From positions 3,310-67,309 of IMG/VR virus record IMGVR_UViG_3300025534_000008: DNA of 64,000 nt. The stretch is one strand, 5' to 3'. Within the stretch, counting starts at the first letter, position 1. Each line of letters starts with the position of its first letter. The translations under genes were made by a program, and so were the position numbers. Below are positions 28,116 through 38,191 of this stretch, in pieces. The notes under the pieces were generated by a model. The model was not told the DNA's origin, did not search any database, and saw nothing but the letters and a program-made list of their open reading frames with translations. The stretch comes from a virus.

Positions 28116-29345
28116 TTGGAAAACAAAATCCACATTATTGATTCTATTATGGGGTCTGGTAAATCAACATGGAGTTTTAACTATATGTATAATAACAAAG
28201 ATAAAAAATTCATATATATAACTCCATATTTGAATGAAATTAAAAGACTAATTGGAGAAGGAACAGAAGATTGCCCACATACTAAATGGTATTATGAAAG
28301 AAGGTTTAGAGAACCTAAACATCTTGGTGAAGGTAAGCTCGATTCCTTACATACTTTATTAGTTAATGATTATAATATAGCCACAACTCATGCATTATTT
28401 AAAATGTCTACAAATGAAACTATGGATTTAATTGCTTCTAGTGAGTATATATTAATACTTGATGAAGCATTAGATGTTGTAGATATTAAGGAAATTAATA
28501 GAAAAGATTATGAAATGTTGATAGATACTAATAAAATTAAAGTCAATGAAAATCATATAGTTGAATGGGTAGATGATGATTATGATGGTGAATTATCTGA
28601 ATGGAAAACCTTATGCAAAAATGGTACTGTAGTTGAATTAAAAAAGACTAAAAAAGTACAGTTGTTAGTATGGAATTTTAATATTGAATCTTTTCTAAGT
28701 TTCAAAGAAATATTTATAATGACATATCTTTTTGATGCTTCACATTTAAAATATTATTTTGATATGCATAATGTTTTTTATGATAAATATGTAATTGAAG
28801 ATTTTAACTTAGTTCCTTATGATAATAAAAAACCATACAATAAAGAACAATATAAAAATTTAATGAATATATATCAAGGACAATTGAATAATATTGGCGA
28901 TAAAAATAATGCACTATCTTTAAATTGGTTTAAGAAAAATAAAGATTTAAAAGCTAAGTTGAAAAATAATATATATAATTATTTACGAAACATAATAAAT
29001 AGTAAAAGTAATGAAATAATATGGACAACTTTTAAGTCAGAACAAAGACACATACAAGGAAAAGGATATACAAAATCTTTTATACCATGTAATACTAAAG
29101 CGACTAATGAATATAAAGATTGTAATACTGTTGTATATTGTTGCAATAGATATATGAGTCCTGATTATGAAGATTATTTTAATCAATACAATATTACTAT
29201 AAATCAAGACTTATATGCATTGTCTGAAATGTTGCAATTTATTTGGCGTTCTGCTATACGAGAAAATAAACCAATTAATCTTTACATACCAAGCAAACGC
29301 ATGAGAGAATTATTAATAGATTGGTTAAACAATGAAAATTTATAA
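28116..29345 (+). CDS. P-loop/helicase-like protein (SPbeta YonV-like)
   Basis: Walker A DSIMGSGKS, Walker B LILDE, QFIWRSAIR motif. Confidence 0.75.
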   Translation: MENKIHIIDSIMGSGKSTWSFNYMYNNKDKKFIYITPYLNEIKRLIGEGTEDCPHTKWYYERRFREPKHLGEGKLDSLHTLLVNDYNIATTHALFKMSTNETMDLIASSEYILILDEALDVVDIKEINRKDYEMLIDTNKIKVNENHIVEWVDDDYDGELSEWKTLCKNGTVVELKKTKKVQLLVWNFNIESFLSFKEIFIMTYLFDASHLKYYFDMHNVFYDKYVIEDFNLVPYDNKKPYNKEQYKNLMNIYQGQLNNIGDKNNALSLNWFKKNKDLKAKLKNNIYNYLRNIINSKSNEIIWTTFKSEQRHIQGKGYTKSFIPCNTKATNEYKDCNTVVYCCNRYMSPDYEDYFNQYNITINQDLYALSEMLQFIWRSAIRENKPINLYIPSKRMRELLIDWLNNENL

Positions 29346-29363
29346 AATATTAATATAAAATTA

Positions 29364-29392
29364 TTGACATATTTTAAATTGTTTGCTATAAT
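29364..29392 (+). promoter_or_regulatory. sigmaA promoter upstream of the RNA polymerase operon
   Basis: TTGACA-17 nt-TATAAT with TG extension. Confidence 0.8.
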
Positions 29393-29517
29393 ACAATTAG
29401 GAATTAACCTATTCTCTATTGTGCGAAGAAAGAAGGTGATATAATTAATACAAATTTATTTCGGTAAATTTTATAAATTATTAATATAAAATATTAATAT
29501 AATATAGGAGGTAATAT

Positions 29518-29853
29518 ATGAGAATAGATTTATACGGTAAACTTAAAATGAATGATAATGGAGAGTACATAATAGATAAAACTAATCTGACTAAAGTGTT
29601 AGAAAAAATATATTATAGTAAGCGTCCTTTCTTATCTATTACAGTTGAATCAGAAGCTAGAACATTGTTTAAATCTAAAGGTGAATTGTATTTTGATAAA
29701 GATAACTACGGTGTTTGGTGTTGGCATGTAAACGGAGAATGTTTAGAATCTGTATTATTCAATCACACAGAAGAAGTAGTAGATATTATCATAGATACAA
29801 ATGTGGAAGCGGAGGATGCACAGGATGAAATACAAGAACTTATACATACATGA
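29518..29853 (+). CDS. Hypothetical protein
   Basis: 111 aa ORF with AGGAGG RBS. Confidence 0.8.
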   Translation: MRIDLYGKLKMNDNGEYIIDKTNLTKVLEKIYYSKRPFLSITVESEARTLFKSKGELYFDKDNYGVWCWHVNGECLESVLFNHTEEVVDIIIDTNVEAEDAQDEIQELIHT

Positions 29854-30019
29854 ATTAGATAACAATGCCAATACCATAATTACATCTCCTAAAACTCAAT
29901 ATTGTATGAAGTGTGGTAAAAAACTAAACGAAAACAGTTTAGATAGATTTTGTGATAGCGAATGTCGCAAAGAATATTATGCTGAAATAAGAAAAGATAT
30001 TGATTCATTAGAAATTTAG
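29801..30019 (+). CDS. Small Zn-finger protein
   Basis: CMKCG...RFCDSEC; start probably MKYKN. Confidence 0.7.
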   Translation: MWKRRMHRMKYKNLYIHELDNNANTIITSPKTQYCMKCGKKLNENSLDRFCDSECRKEYYAEIRKDIDSLEI

Positions 30020-30030
30020 GGAGGTATTGT

Positions 30031-30094
30031 ATGAGAAGTGGAATAATGCCAAATGGCAAAAAAGATAGAGAACATACACAATGGGAGATACATA
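30031..30094 (+). pseudogene. 5' part of a 35-aa ORF interrupted by IscB element 2 (3' part 31722-31765)
   Basis: RBS GGGAGG; joining the flanks gives MRSGIMPNGKKDREHTQWEIHNKSFIQNINIKLED* in frame. Confidence 0.6.
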
Positions 30095-30355
30095 GTCAAC
30101 TACCCCACCCTATAGAGGGTGGAGCTTGTGATTAACAAGCTCAGTTGATTAGCCTCAGCCAGGGGTATTAACCCTATCGGGCTACGTTATATGGGAATAT
30201 ATAGTCACCATAGGATGCTCCACAAGTCCTATGCTCTGAGGGCAGTGGTTAAACATATCTGAGGGTAGGAGAAGTGCTGCTGCCATACAAAACCCCATAT
30301 AACATTGGCGATGTGGACTTACCACTACTTTGTAGTGAGTTATTACTCTTTAAGG
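30095..30355 (+). ncRNA. omegaRNA scaffold of IscB element 2
   Basis: About 260 nt structured leader with CTACGTT and AACATTG motifs. Confidence 0.85.
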
Positions 30356-30364
30356 AGGGTTAAT

Positions 30365-31666
30365 GTGGTATTTGTAATATCTAAAGAAGGTAAACCTTTA
30401 ATGCCTACTAAAAATCATGCTAAAGTTAGAATACTACTAAAACACAAGAAAGCTAAAGTTATTAGAAGAAAACCATTTACTATTCAGCTTCTATATGAAA
30501 CCACTACCTATACACAGCCTATTATACTTGGAATAGATAGTGGCTACAGTTATATTGGTTTTTCTGCTATTACTGAAAAGGAAGAACTAATATGTGGTGA
30601 AGTTAAACTACTTCAAGGTATATCTGAAAGATTAAAGGAAAGAGCTATGTATAGAAGGCAAAGACGCAGTAGACTTAGATACAGAAAACCAAGGTTTGAT
30701 AACAGGAAGAAGTGCAGTGATTGGTTACCACCTTCTATACAACATAAATTTGACAGTCATATTAGATTTATTAACTTTTTAAAGAAAATACTTCCTGTAA
30801 CAGATGTGGTAATAGAAGTGGCTAACTTTGATACGCACAAGCTAAAAAATCCAGATGTAGAAGGCATAGGCTATCAACAAGGCGAACAAGAAGGTTTTTA
30901 TAACCTAAGAGAGTATATACTCTATAGAGATAATTATAAATGCCAGTTATGTGGCAGAGAAGATTTACCCTTAGAAGTTCATCATATAGGCTTTTGGAAA
31001 CAAGATAGAACAGATAGACCAAGCAATTTAATTACGCTATGCATTAAGTGTCATACTCCTAAAAACCACCAAGAGAATGGTAAGCTATGGGGATTAGAGC
31101 CTATTCTAAAACCACTTAAAGAAGCTACTTTTATGTCGACAGTTAGATGGAAATTAGTTAATATACTTAATTGCAAATACACTTATGGATATATAACTAA
31201 GTTCACAAGAGTAGCTTTAGGTTTAGAAAAAACGCACTATAATGATGCATTTTGCATAGCTGGTGGAATTAATCAAGCAAGAACAAAACCTATTATATTT
31301 GAACAAATTAGAAGAAACAATCGTTCATTAGAAAAATTCTATGATGCAAAGTATATAGACATAAGAACAGGTAAAGTTGCCACGGGACAAGAACTGTTTT
31401 GCGGCAGAAGAACACGAAACAAAAACTACAATACAGAAAATTTACGCAAATATAGAGGACAAAAGATATCTAAAGGACAAAGGAGAATACGCACTCAAAA
31501 ATATTTCTATCAGCCTAAAGATATTGTTATCTATAATGGTAAAAAGTATGTTGTTAAAGGAGTACAGAATAAGGGTAATTATATTAAGCTTGAAAAGTTA
31601 AATAAGCCAGTTAAAGTAAGTTTAGTTAAGCCTTATGAATTTAGAAAAGGATTTTGTGTAGTTTAG
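30365..31666 (+). CDS. iscB: RNA-guided endonuclease IscB
   Basis: GTG start after AAGGAGG; PLMP, GIDSG, VIE, HNH EVHHI...NLITLCIKCH, HYNDA. Confidence 0.96.
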   Translation: MVFVISKEGKPLMPTKNHAKVRILLKHKKAKVIRRKPFTIQLLYETTTYTQPIILGIDSGYSYIGFSAITEKEELICGEVKLLQGISERLKERAMYRRQRRSRLRYRKPRFDNRKKCSDWLPPSIQHKFDSHIRFINFLKKILPVTDVVIEVANFDTHKLKNPDVEGIGYQQGEQEGFYNLREYILYRDNYKCQLCGREDLPLEVHHIGFWKQDRTDRPSNLITLCIKCHTPKNHQENGKLWGLEPILKPLKEATFMSTVRWKLVNILNCKYTYGYITKFTRVALGLEKTHYNDAFCIAGGINQARTKPIIFEQIRRNNRSLEKFYDAKYIDIRTGKVATGQELFCGRRTRNKNYNTENLRKYRGQKISKGQRRIRTQKYFYQPKDIVIYNGKKYVVKGVQNKGNYIKLEKLNKPVKVSLVKPYEFRKGFCVV

Positions 31667-31770
31667 GGGAGGGCAATTCATCGCCCACCTATAGAGGTGG
31701 GCGTCTTCTTGCTATTATTAGATAAAAGTTTTATTCAAAATATTAATATAAAATTGGAGGATTGATATGA

Positions 31771-34590
31771 TTGTCTATTGCTAAAAAAATGGATTTGTTT
31801 TACATATTCAAGCTAAAAGTAAGTACAATATTAAGTCAAAATAATAATATAAATATAACATTTGATGAAGCAAAAAAGCAGGGATTTGTTGTCAGTATTG
31901 GTGATAATCAAATATTAAAATTTATAAGAGAGATAAAATTTATTGATTTTGAAAAGCAGAGATTTAGACTTGAACAATTGTATAGAGACCGAAATTTATT
32001 GAAAAGTATGCCAAAATGCTTTGAGAATAATGAAAAAATTGCTGAATACCAGAAGCAAATAGATGATATTTTATACATGCCCGATTTAATTACAGTACAT
32101 GCTGATACTACAAAAAAAGCATATATAGATTTATGTAAAACTGGATTCATAGTGAATGGTATTAAATTCAGAAGATTATGTGCAGGTAGTGGGCAATTAA
32201 GAAGGAACAATGTTTTGTTTGTGAATGAGAATTTTTATTCACAACTAAAAGAAAGAATGTTGTGTGGTTTAGATAAAAAAAGAATAGGTAAAATTAATTT
32301 AGCAAAGTTTTCTGCTTACTATTCCCTTTATTCAAGCTCGACAAATTTTATATCAACACCAAGAGTTTGTGTTGTAAACGATTATGAAACTATATTAAAA
32401 AATCAAGAAGTTGAATGGATTTGCACTAAAGAAAATGGAGAAAGAGATATTGAAAAGCGTACTATTGACATAAAAACAAATGTGTGGGATGGCTCAGGTT
32501 TAGTTAGTATTGAAATGGCTAAACAGTGGCAAAATGATTTAAAGTTAGATTATACACCCTCTGCTTTTATTGTGCGTAGTGCATGGATAAAAGGTTTGTG
32601 TGTAGTTTTTGATTGGAAAAGATTTGCTAAAGAAGTTGCTAAAAAAGAATACATAGTGGATGCATGGGGAAAGAAAAAACATATTGATGATATTGATGTG
32701 ATACTTACCACTTCTCAGTTTAAGATGTGGAAGAAATATAAAGATTGGGAAGAATATCTTGAATATCATACAAAATATGGACATGTATGGGGATGTAGTA
32801 GAGTTAATAAAAAGTATGATAATAACTATACTGCTCTAAATTATCAGTACATACAATCTAACTTTTTTACTGAAGATAGTATAAAAAAATTAGCAGAATT
32901 TTCTATTAATTGGGTCAAAAAGGTTTGTGCTGGTGATAGAATATATGTTTTATTGTATCTTTTAGGCAGCCACGAAGCAGATAAGTCAATAGATGAAATA
33001 GAAAAATCAACAGGGATGAATATTGCAAAAGCCTTAATGTATAGTGACGAAATTTTGAAAGATGATTATGTGAGAAGCAGGATTTACAAATCAATAGAAA
33101 AAAGGATTAGGCAATTAAAAGTAGGTAAATTACTTGTAGAAGGCTCTTACGAATTTGCCATTGTAGACCCCTATGCCTTTTGTGAGTATGTGTTTGGCAT
33201 GGAAGTAAAGGGTTTATTAAAAGCAAAACAACTGTGGCAAAAAAGATGGGTAGATAAAGGTTCAAAGAAAGTAGCAGTTTTTAGAAGTCCATTAGTTTCT
33301 TCTAATGAAAATCAGGTATTAGAAGTATATTCAGACGATAAATGTTTGGATTGGTATTCAAATATCAATAGTGGTGTTGTATTGAATATATGGGATACTA
33401 CACTTATGAGAGCTTCTGACGGAGATACTGATGGAGATTTACTTCTGAGCACTGACAATGAGTATATAGTCAACAGCATAGATAGAAATTTGCCACCTAT
33501 TACTTATGATAAGTCAACAGTAAAAGAGCAAACGTTAACTGATACAAATTTTGCTAAAATGGATGCAAGAAGTTTTAATACTAAAATAGGTTTTATAACA
33601 AACCTTGCTACATCGTTCTTTTGCTTGAGAGAGCAGTATGATGAAAATAGTGAAGAATACAAAGAGTTAACAAGAAGAATAAATTTGTTGCGTTTTCATC
33701 AAGGTTCTGCTATTGACGCAGGGAAAGGAAATGTATATATAGCACCGCCAAGTTACTGGTATAGAAAACAAAAAATAGATTATAAAAATGATACATCAGA
33801 AGAAATACAAAGAAAACAGTTTTATAATAAACTTTGTGGAGATAAAAAAAGTTATTTTATGTGCTACATCTACCCTGCCCTGCTGAATAAATATAAACAA
33901 TATAGAAAAAGTGCTGAGCGCATGTGTAAGGTTAATTTTGGTTGTAAGTTAAGCGAATTATTAATCAAAGAAAATAAAACAGATGAAGAAAAAAAATTTA
34001 TAAAGAACTATTACAAGTATTTGCCTGTGCTTACTAATAATTCAACAATGAATAGATTGTGTAGGCTAATTGAAGATGTTGACTTTGATTTGAAGTTTTA
34101 TAGGACTAAAGAAAATTTTGATTATACTGTACTTATGAATGAAAATATAAAAGTTAATACAGAAAGCAGTATGTATAAAAAGATATGTGAAGTCATAAAA
34201 AAATATCATTCTACTTATGAATTATACATAAATAAAACAGAAAATATTTTAAGCAATTATGATTTTGGCATTGACTTTTACGAAGAAGATGAAGATGTTT
34301 ATGATGATAATGGTATAAATATTTTGTTTAACGAAGTTGAAAATAGTTTATATAATATATGTTCAAATAAAGTTGAATTGTGTAATTATTTTGTACATAT
34401 TATGTATAATAGATTTCATAATAAATCAAAATCTTTATTGTGGGCTATATGTGGAGACCAAATACTTGATAATTTAAAGAAAAGAACAAATATAGCACAT
34501 ATTCCTATTGAAGTACAGAAAGGAGACGGATTTGAGTATTTAGGAAATTTTTATAGATTACAGGAAGGTGTTTTAGATGATAATATTTGA
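31771..34590 (+). CDS. YonO-like single-subunit DNA-dependent RNA polymerase (QDE-1/RdRP fold)
   Basis: 939 aa; DGSG, RSAWIKG, FRSP, catalytic SDGDTDGD and AIDAGK motifs. Confidence 0.9.
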   Translation: MSIAKKMDLFYIFKLKVSTILSQNNNINITFDEAKKQGFVVSIGDNQILKFIREIKFIDFEKQRFRLEQLYRDRNLLKSMPKCFENNEKIAEYQKQIDDILYMPDLITVHADTTKKAYIDLCKTGFIVNGIKFRRLCAGSGQLRRNNVLFVNENFYSQLKERMLCGLDKKRIGKINLAKFSAYYSLYSSSTNFISTPRVCVVNDYETILKNQEVEWICTKENGERDIEKRTIDIKTNVWDGSGLVSIEMAKQWQNDLKLDYTPSAFIVRSAWIKGLCVVFDWKRFAKEVAKKEYIVDAWGKKKHIDDIDVILTTSQFKMWKKYKDWEEYLEYHTKYGHVWGCSRVNKKYDNNYTALNYQYIQSNFFTEDSIKKLAEFSINWVKKVCAGDRIYVLLYLLGSHEADKSIDEIEKSTGMNIAKALMYSDEILKDDYVRSRIYKSIEKRIRQLKVGKLLVEGSYEFAIVDPYAFCEYVFGMEVKGLLKAKQLWQKRWVDKGSKKVAVFRSPLVSSNENQVLEVYSDDKCLDWYSNINSGVVLNIWDTTLMRASDGDTDGDLLLSTDNEYIVNSIDRNLPPITYDKSTVKEQTLTDTNFAKMDARSFNTKIGFITNLATSFFCLREQYDENSEEYKELTRRINLLRFHQGSAIDAGKGNVYIAPPSYWYRKQKIDYKNDTSEEIQRKQFYNKLCGDKKSYFMCYIYPALLNKYKQYRKSAERMCKVNFGCKLSELLIKENKTDEEKKFIKNYYKYLPVLTNNSTMNRLCRLIEDVDFDLKFYRTKENFDYTVLMNENIKVNTESSMYKKICEVIKKYHSTYELYINKTENILSNYDFGIDFYEEDEDVYDDNGINILFNEVENSLYNICSNKVELCNYFVHIMYNRFHNKSKSLLWAICGDQILDNLKKRTNIAHIPIEVQKGDGFEYLGNFYRLQEGVLDDNI

Positions 34591-35350
34591 TGAAAAAAAA
34601 TATGCTGAATATTTATTAAAAAACGGATACAAAAATAAAAAGAGAGTTTGTTTGGATAATATAATACTCGTAAAGTATTTTAAATATTTAGGATATTCTG
34701 AAGAAGAAATAAAAAATAAGCTTAGAGAACTTATGAAAGATTTTAAATATTTATATAATAGCAATATATTGGAATATGAAGTTAAAAAAGCATATAGTTT
34801 AGGATATAAATATAATTTAGTATTTGATAAAGTTATAAATATAACTCAAAAAGAGATTGATACTATTAATTCTATTGATGATTTAGAATTAAGAAAAGTA
34901 CTGTTTGTGCTTTTAGTTATATGGAAATTTAGAGATAAACAAAAATTTATGATAAGCAATAATAATCTAAAAAAATTAGCAAATGTAAAATGCAAAAATT
35001 CTGTTTTTTGGGATTATCTACACAAACTACATGATTTAGGTTATCTAAAAGCATTTGTATATAAGTGTAAACCGTATTATAAACTCTACATTGAAGAAGG
35101 TGGAAATGTAGTTTTAAGTATAAAAAACTATGATGATATAATAAGCTACTATTTGAGTATAGTATATCCAGAAGAATATATCTATTGTGCAGAATGTGGA
35201 ATAGCAATAAAGCAAACATCAAACCGTAGAAAATATTGCAGTAGTTGTTGGAAGAATAAAAAGCAAGAATGGAATAGAGAAAATTTTAAAAAATGGTATT
35301 ATAAACAAAAATCTAATACTTTAGAAAATCCCGCAAACCTGCATGAATAG
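34577..35350 (+). CDS. Hypothetical protein with C-terminal Zn ribbon
   Basis: CAECG...KYCSSC; overlaps the RNAP stop. Confidence 0.8.
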   Translation: MIIFDEKKYAEYLLKNGYKNKKRVCLDNIILVKYFKYLGYSEEEIKNKLRELMKDFKYLYNSNILEYEVKKAYSLGYKYNLVFDKVINITQKEIDTINSIDDLELRKVLFVLLVIWKFRDKQKFMISNNNLKKLANVKCKNSVFWDYLHKLHDLGYLKAFVYKCKPYYKLYIEEGGNVVLSIKNYDDIISYYLSIVYPEEYIYCAECGIAIKQTSNRRKYCSSCWKNKKQEWNRENFKKWYYKQKSNTLENPANLHE

Positions 35351-35541
35351 CGGATTTTGAGATTTGCTACCCCATTTTGTTATTAATGGAAGAGAATAAA
35401 TAAAAATTTCTTTAAATTATTAATATAATATTTGGTTAAACCACAACCAATCAAAATGTGGAGCTAACAAAGCATAGGGTATGTCCTGTCGTGATGATAG
35501 TACCTCTACCCTACCCTATTTCATGCGAAAGGAGTATATAT

Positions 35542-35691
35542 TTGGTTAAAATAAGTAAAGAACTTTTTAAGGAATTGCAAAAACTTGGCTATATTAAATT
35601 TAGCAAGTATAGCAAGAATTATAGTAAGTCAAAAAGATATAGATATGTTGAAGATTCGGTATTAACAGAATATAAGAAATATCTCGGCTGA
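35542..35691 (+). CDS. Small hypothetical protein (49 aa)
   Basis: TTG start after AAAGGAG; the ORF-track start at 35458 lacks an RBS. Confidence 0.6.
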   Translation: MVKISKELFKELQKLGYIKFSKYSKNYSKSKRYRYVEDSVLTEYKKYLG

Positions 35692-35731
35692 TGTTGGCTT
35701 ATCAACAAATACTAACGAAGGGAACGTATTT

Positions 35732-37009
35732 ATGCAATATGAGAAAGTATTTGTAGACACAAACGTGATTCTTTCTCCTAATTTTGATTTTGGTAAATAC
35801 AAAAAAGTTTATATAGCCATAACTTCTATCGAAGAACTCGATGGATTGAAGTATAATGAAACTGTTGGGTATCAAGCAAGAAAAGCAATAAAAAATATTA
35901 TAAATGCTGATAATGTAGAAGTCAAAATTAGTTATTCATTTGGTGGTACTAATAAATTTTTTGAACATAAAAATGATAATATAATACTTGCATTTGCTTA
36001 TGAAACTTATACTTTAGATAATCATTGTATATTTTTGACAGATGATTATAATTTATTTTTAAAAGCTAAAACATTAAATTTGCCATGTAGTTTATTTGAA
36101 AATAAAGATGACAAAGAAATATATATAGGAATTAAATATATTGAAATAGAAGACCCATTAGAAGATATAGAAAGTATAGTTAACAACATAAATATGGACG
36201 AATTATTAGAAAATCAATATGTGCTTATTGGAAATTGGATATATGATGAATATTATGAGCAAAAACAATTTAAAGCAATTAAATCATATAGATATACGAA
36301 TGGACATTTTGAGAACGTACGTAATCCACGATTAGGAGAAAACTTAAATAATTGCTTTAAAGATAATGCAGAGCAACGTTTAGTGTATGATGCTATAAAC
36401 AATGATGATATAGACATCATAATTGTTTATGGCGAAGCAGGAACAGGAAAAGATTTTAGTGTTTTGGCAAACTGTTTTAATAATGTTTGTCAACCTACAA
36501 AAAATAAAAAAGGCAACTATAAAACAAAATCTATACTTTATACACGTAGTACAATTGAAGTTGGGCAGAAACAAGGATATTTACCTGGAGATGCATATGA
36601 AAAATGTGAAATTTATATGCAACCCGCAAGACAAAACTTAAATAAAATACTAAATATACTTGATAAACAACAAACTTATGAAGATTTGATAAATGCTAAA
36701 TTATATCAAGAAGAACCATTAGCTTATATTCGTGGGTGTACTTATGATAATAAATACATGATACTTGATGAATCTGCAAATTGTACTGTAGAAGAAGTAA
36801 AAACATTCATTAGTCGTGCAGGACAAGACACTAAAGTGATAATTTTAGGCAGTTTAAATCAAATAGATAATAAAAACAATACATATACAAACAATGGATT
36901 ATATAAAGTAATAGAAGCGTTTAAAGGGCAAAAAAATTGTGCAATTATTAAATTGCGAAATCAACACAGGAGTAAATTAGCAAGACAAGCTGATAAATTA
37001 TTAATATAA
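35732..37009 (+). CDS. phoH: PIN-PhoH protein
   Basis: PIN FVDTNV...EELD...NDNII...TDD; GEAGTGKD, IRGCT, ILDE, QID motifs. Confidence 0.9.
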   Translation: MQYEKVFVDTNVILSPNFDFGKYKKVYIAITSIEELDGLKYNETVGYQARKAIKNIINADNVEVKISYSFGGTNKFFEHKNDNIILAFAYETYTLDNHCIFLTDDYNLFLKAKTLNLPCSLFENKDDKEIYIGIKYIEIEDPLEDIESIVNNINMDELLENQYVLIGNWIYDEYYEQKQFKAIKSYRYTNGHFENVRNPRLGENLNNCFKDNAEQRLVYDAINNDDIDIIIVYGEAGTGKDFSVLANCFNNVCQPTKNKKGNYKTKSILYTRSTIEVGQKQGYLPGDAYEKCEIYMQPARQNLNKILNILDKQQTYEDLINAKLYQEEPLAYIRGCTYDNKYMILDESANCTVEEVKTFISRAGQDTKVIILGSLNQIDNKNNTYTNNGLYKVIEAFKGQKNCAIIKLRNQHRSKLARQADKLLI

Positions 37010-37334
37010 GTGGAGGTAAAAATGTCAGATTTGTTAATAGATAGGAAATACGAAGGAATTATAACAATTGCGGATTATTTGTTTAATACGCATCCTGAGC
37101 AGTATGTAAATTTGTGTAACAAATATTTTGGTGGAAGCGTAAAAATTTTAAGCAAAGAGAGGTAAAAATTATGGTTAATAATTGTCTTTGTGATGATTGT
37201 AAACATGTATCAGTATGTAAAAAGTATGATGTGATACAAAAGTTTGATGATGAAAACAAGAAATTTATTGGTATAAACATAACAATGGATTCTTGCGAGG
37301 ATTATGAGAAGAAATAAATATTAATATAAAATAA

Positions 37335-37680
37335 AGGCTTTAATTTAACGCCTGTAGTTAAGCGTACTGAAGTATAGATACTACAAATTAAACGTAAAGT
37401 TTGAATAAATTTTTCATTTTGTTAACATGGAATGTACTTTTGTTGGGCAACTGGCAAAAGATATTGTTGGATTATATAATTTCAGCAGTACAAAGTCACA
37501 ACAAAGTTCAATAGAACCGCCGATAAGGCATCATTAATACAATATTTCATCACAAGTAACCAGTGCTTCGGTGTTCTTAGAGAGCCGAAGCCAATTTATA
37601 ATTCCAGTTTGTCCTCCAGATTCTTTCGAGACTGGGGGCTATACCAATCCAACAACTGCATGAGGTTTGCGGATTGTAAA
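37335..37680 (+). ncRNA. Candidate structured RNA upstream of hsp20
   Basis: About 350 nt without a long ORF, with several GC-rich hairpins (e.g. GCTTCGG...CCGAAGC). Confidence 0.3.
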
Positions 37681-37733
37681 TTATTAATATAAAAATATAT
37701 TATTATATTATTGTATTAGGAGGTATATTTTAT

Positions 37734-38165
37734 ATGTTAGAGAAAGGTTTTTACTCATTTAGAGCATTTGATGAATTGGACAGAATAACAAATAATATTA
37801 TGCGTACATTTTTCTTTGATAAGCCATATTCAGTAGTTTCAATTAAACAGGAAAAAGAAAAGCATAATTTCAGCACACGACATTGGCAGGAAATTGTAAA
37901 AGATGACAAAGCAATTCTTGTATATGATGTACATGGTATTAATCCAGATGATTTGACTGTAAAAAAGATTGTGGAAGATGGTATTGCTTATATCACAATT
38001 GAAGGAAAATCTAAAAATGAAGAATTAAATTGTGAGATGGAAGTTAAAGCAAGATGGGCTATACCATACAAACAATTCAAGAAACCTACTAAAAAGATTG
38101 AGAATGGTTTGTTGTATGTATATATTGAGAAAGATACAAATAATGAAGATGAAGAAATAATATAA
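37734..38165 (+). CDS. Hsp20/alpha-crystallin small heat-shock protein
   Basis: DVHGINPDDLTV...ITIEGK...ENGLLYVYIEK pattern. Confidence 0.75.
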   Translation: MLEKGFYSFRAFDELDRITNNIMRTFFFDKPYSVVSIKQEKEKHNFSTRHWQEIVKDDKAILVYDVHGINPDDLTVKKIVEDGIAYITIEGKSKNEELNCEMEVKARWAIPYKQFKKPTKKIENGLLYVYIEKDTNNEDEEII

Positions 38166-38191
38166 ATAATTCAGTGTAACCATGAGTAGGG

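Larger units (their letters stand above)
30095..31721 (+). mobile_element. IscB/omegaRNA element 2 (no tnpA)
   Basis: Starts GTCAACTACCCC with hairpin CCCTATAGAGGG; ends with hairpin CGCCCACCTATAGAGGTGGGCG, 18 nt, then ATAAA. Confidence 0.88.

Noticed and set aside
30305-30364. ORF-track N-terminal extension of IscB 2
   Set aside because: Lies within the omegaRNA; the RBS and PLMP position point to GTG 30365.
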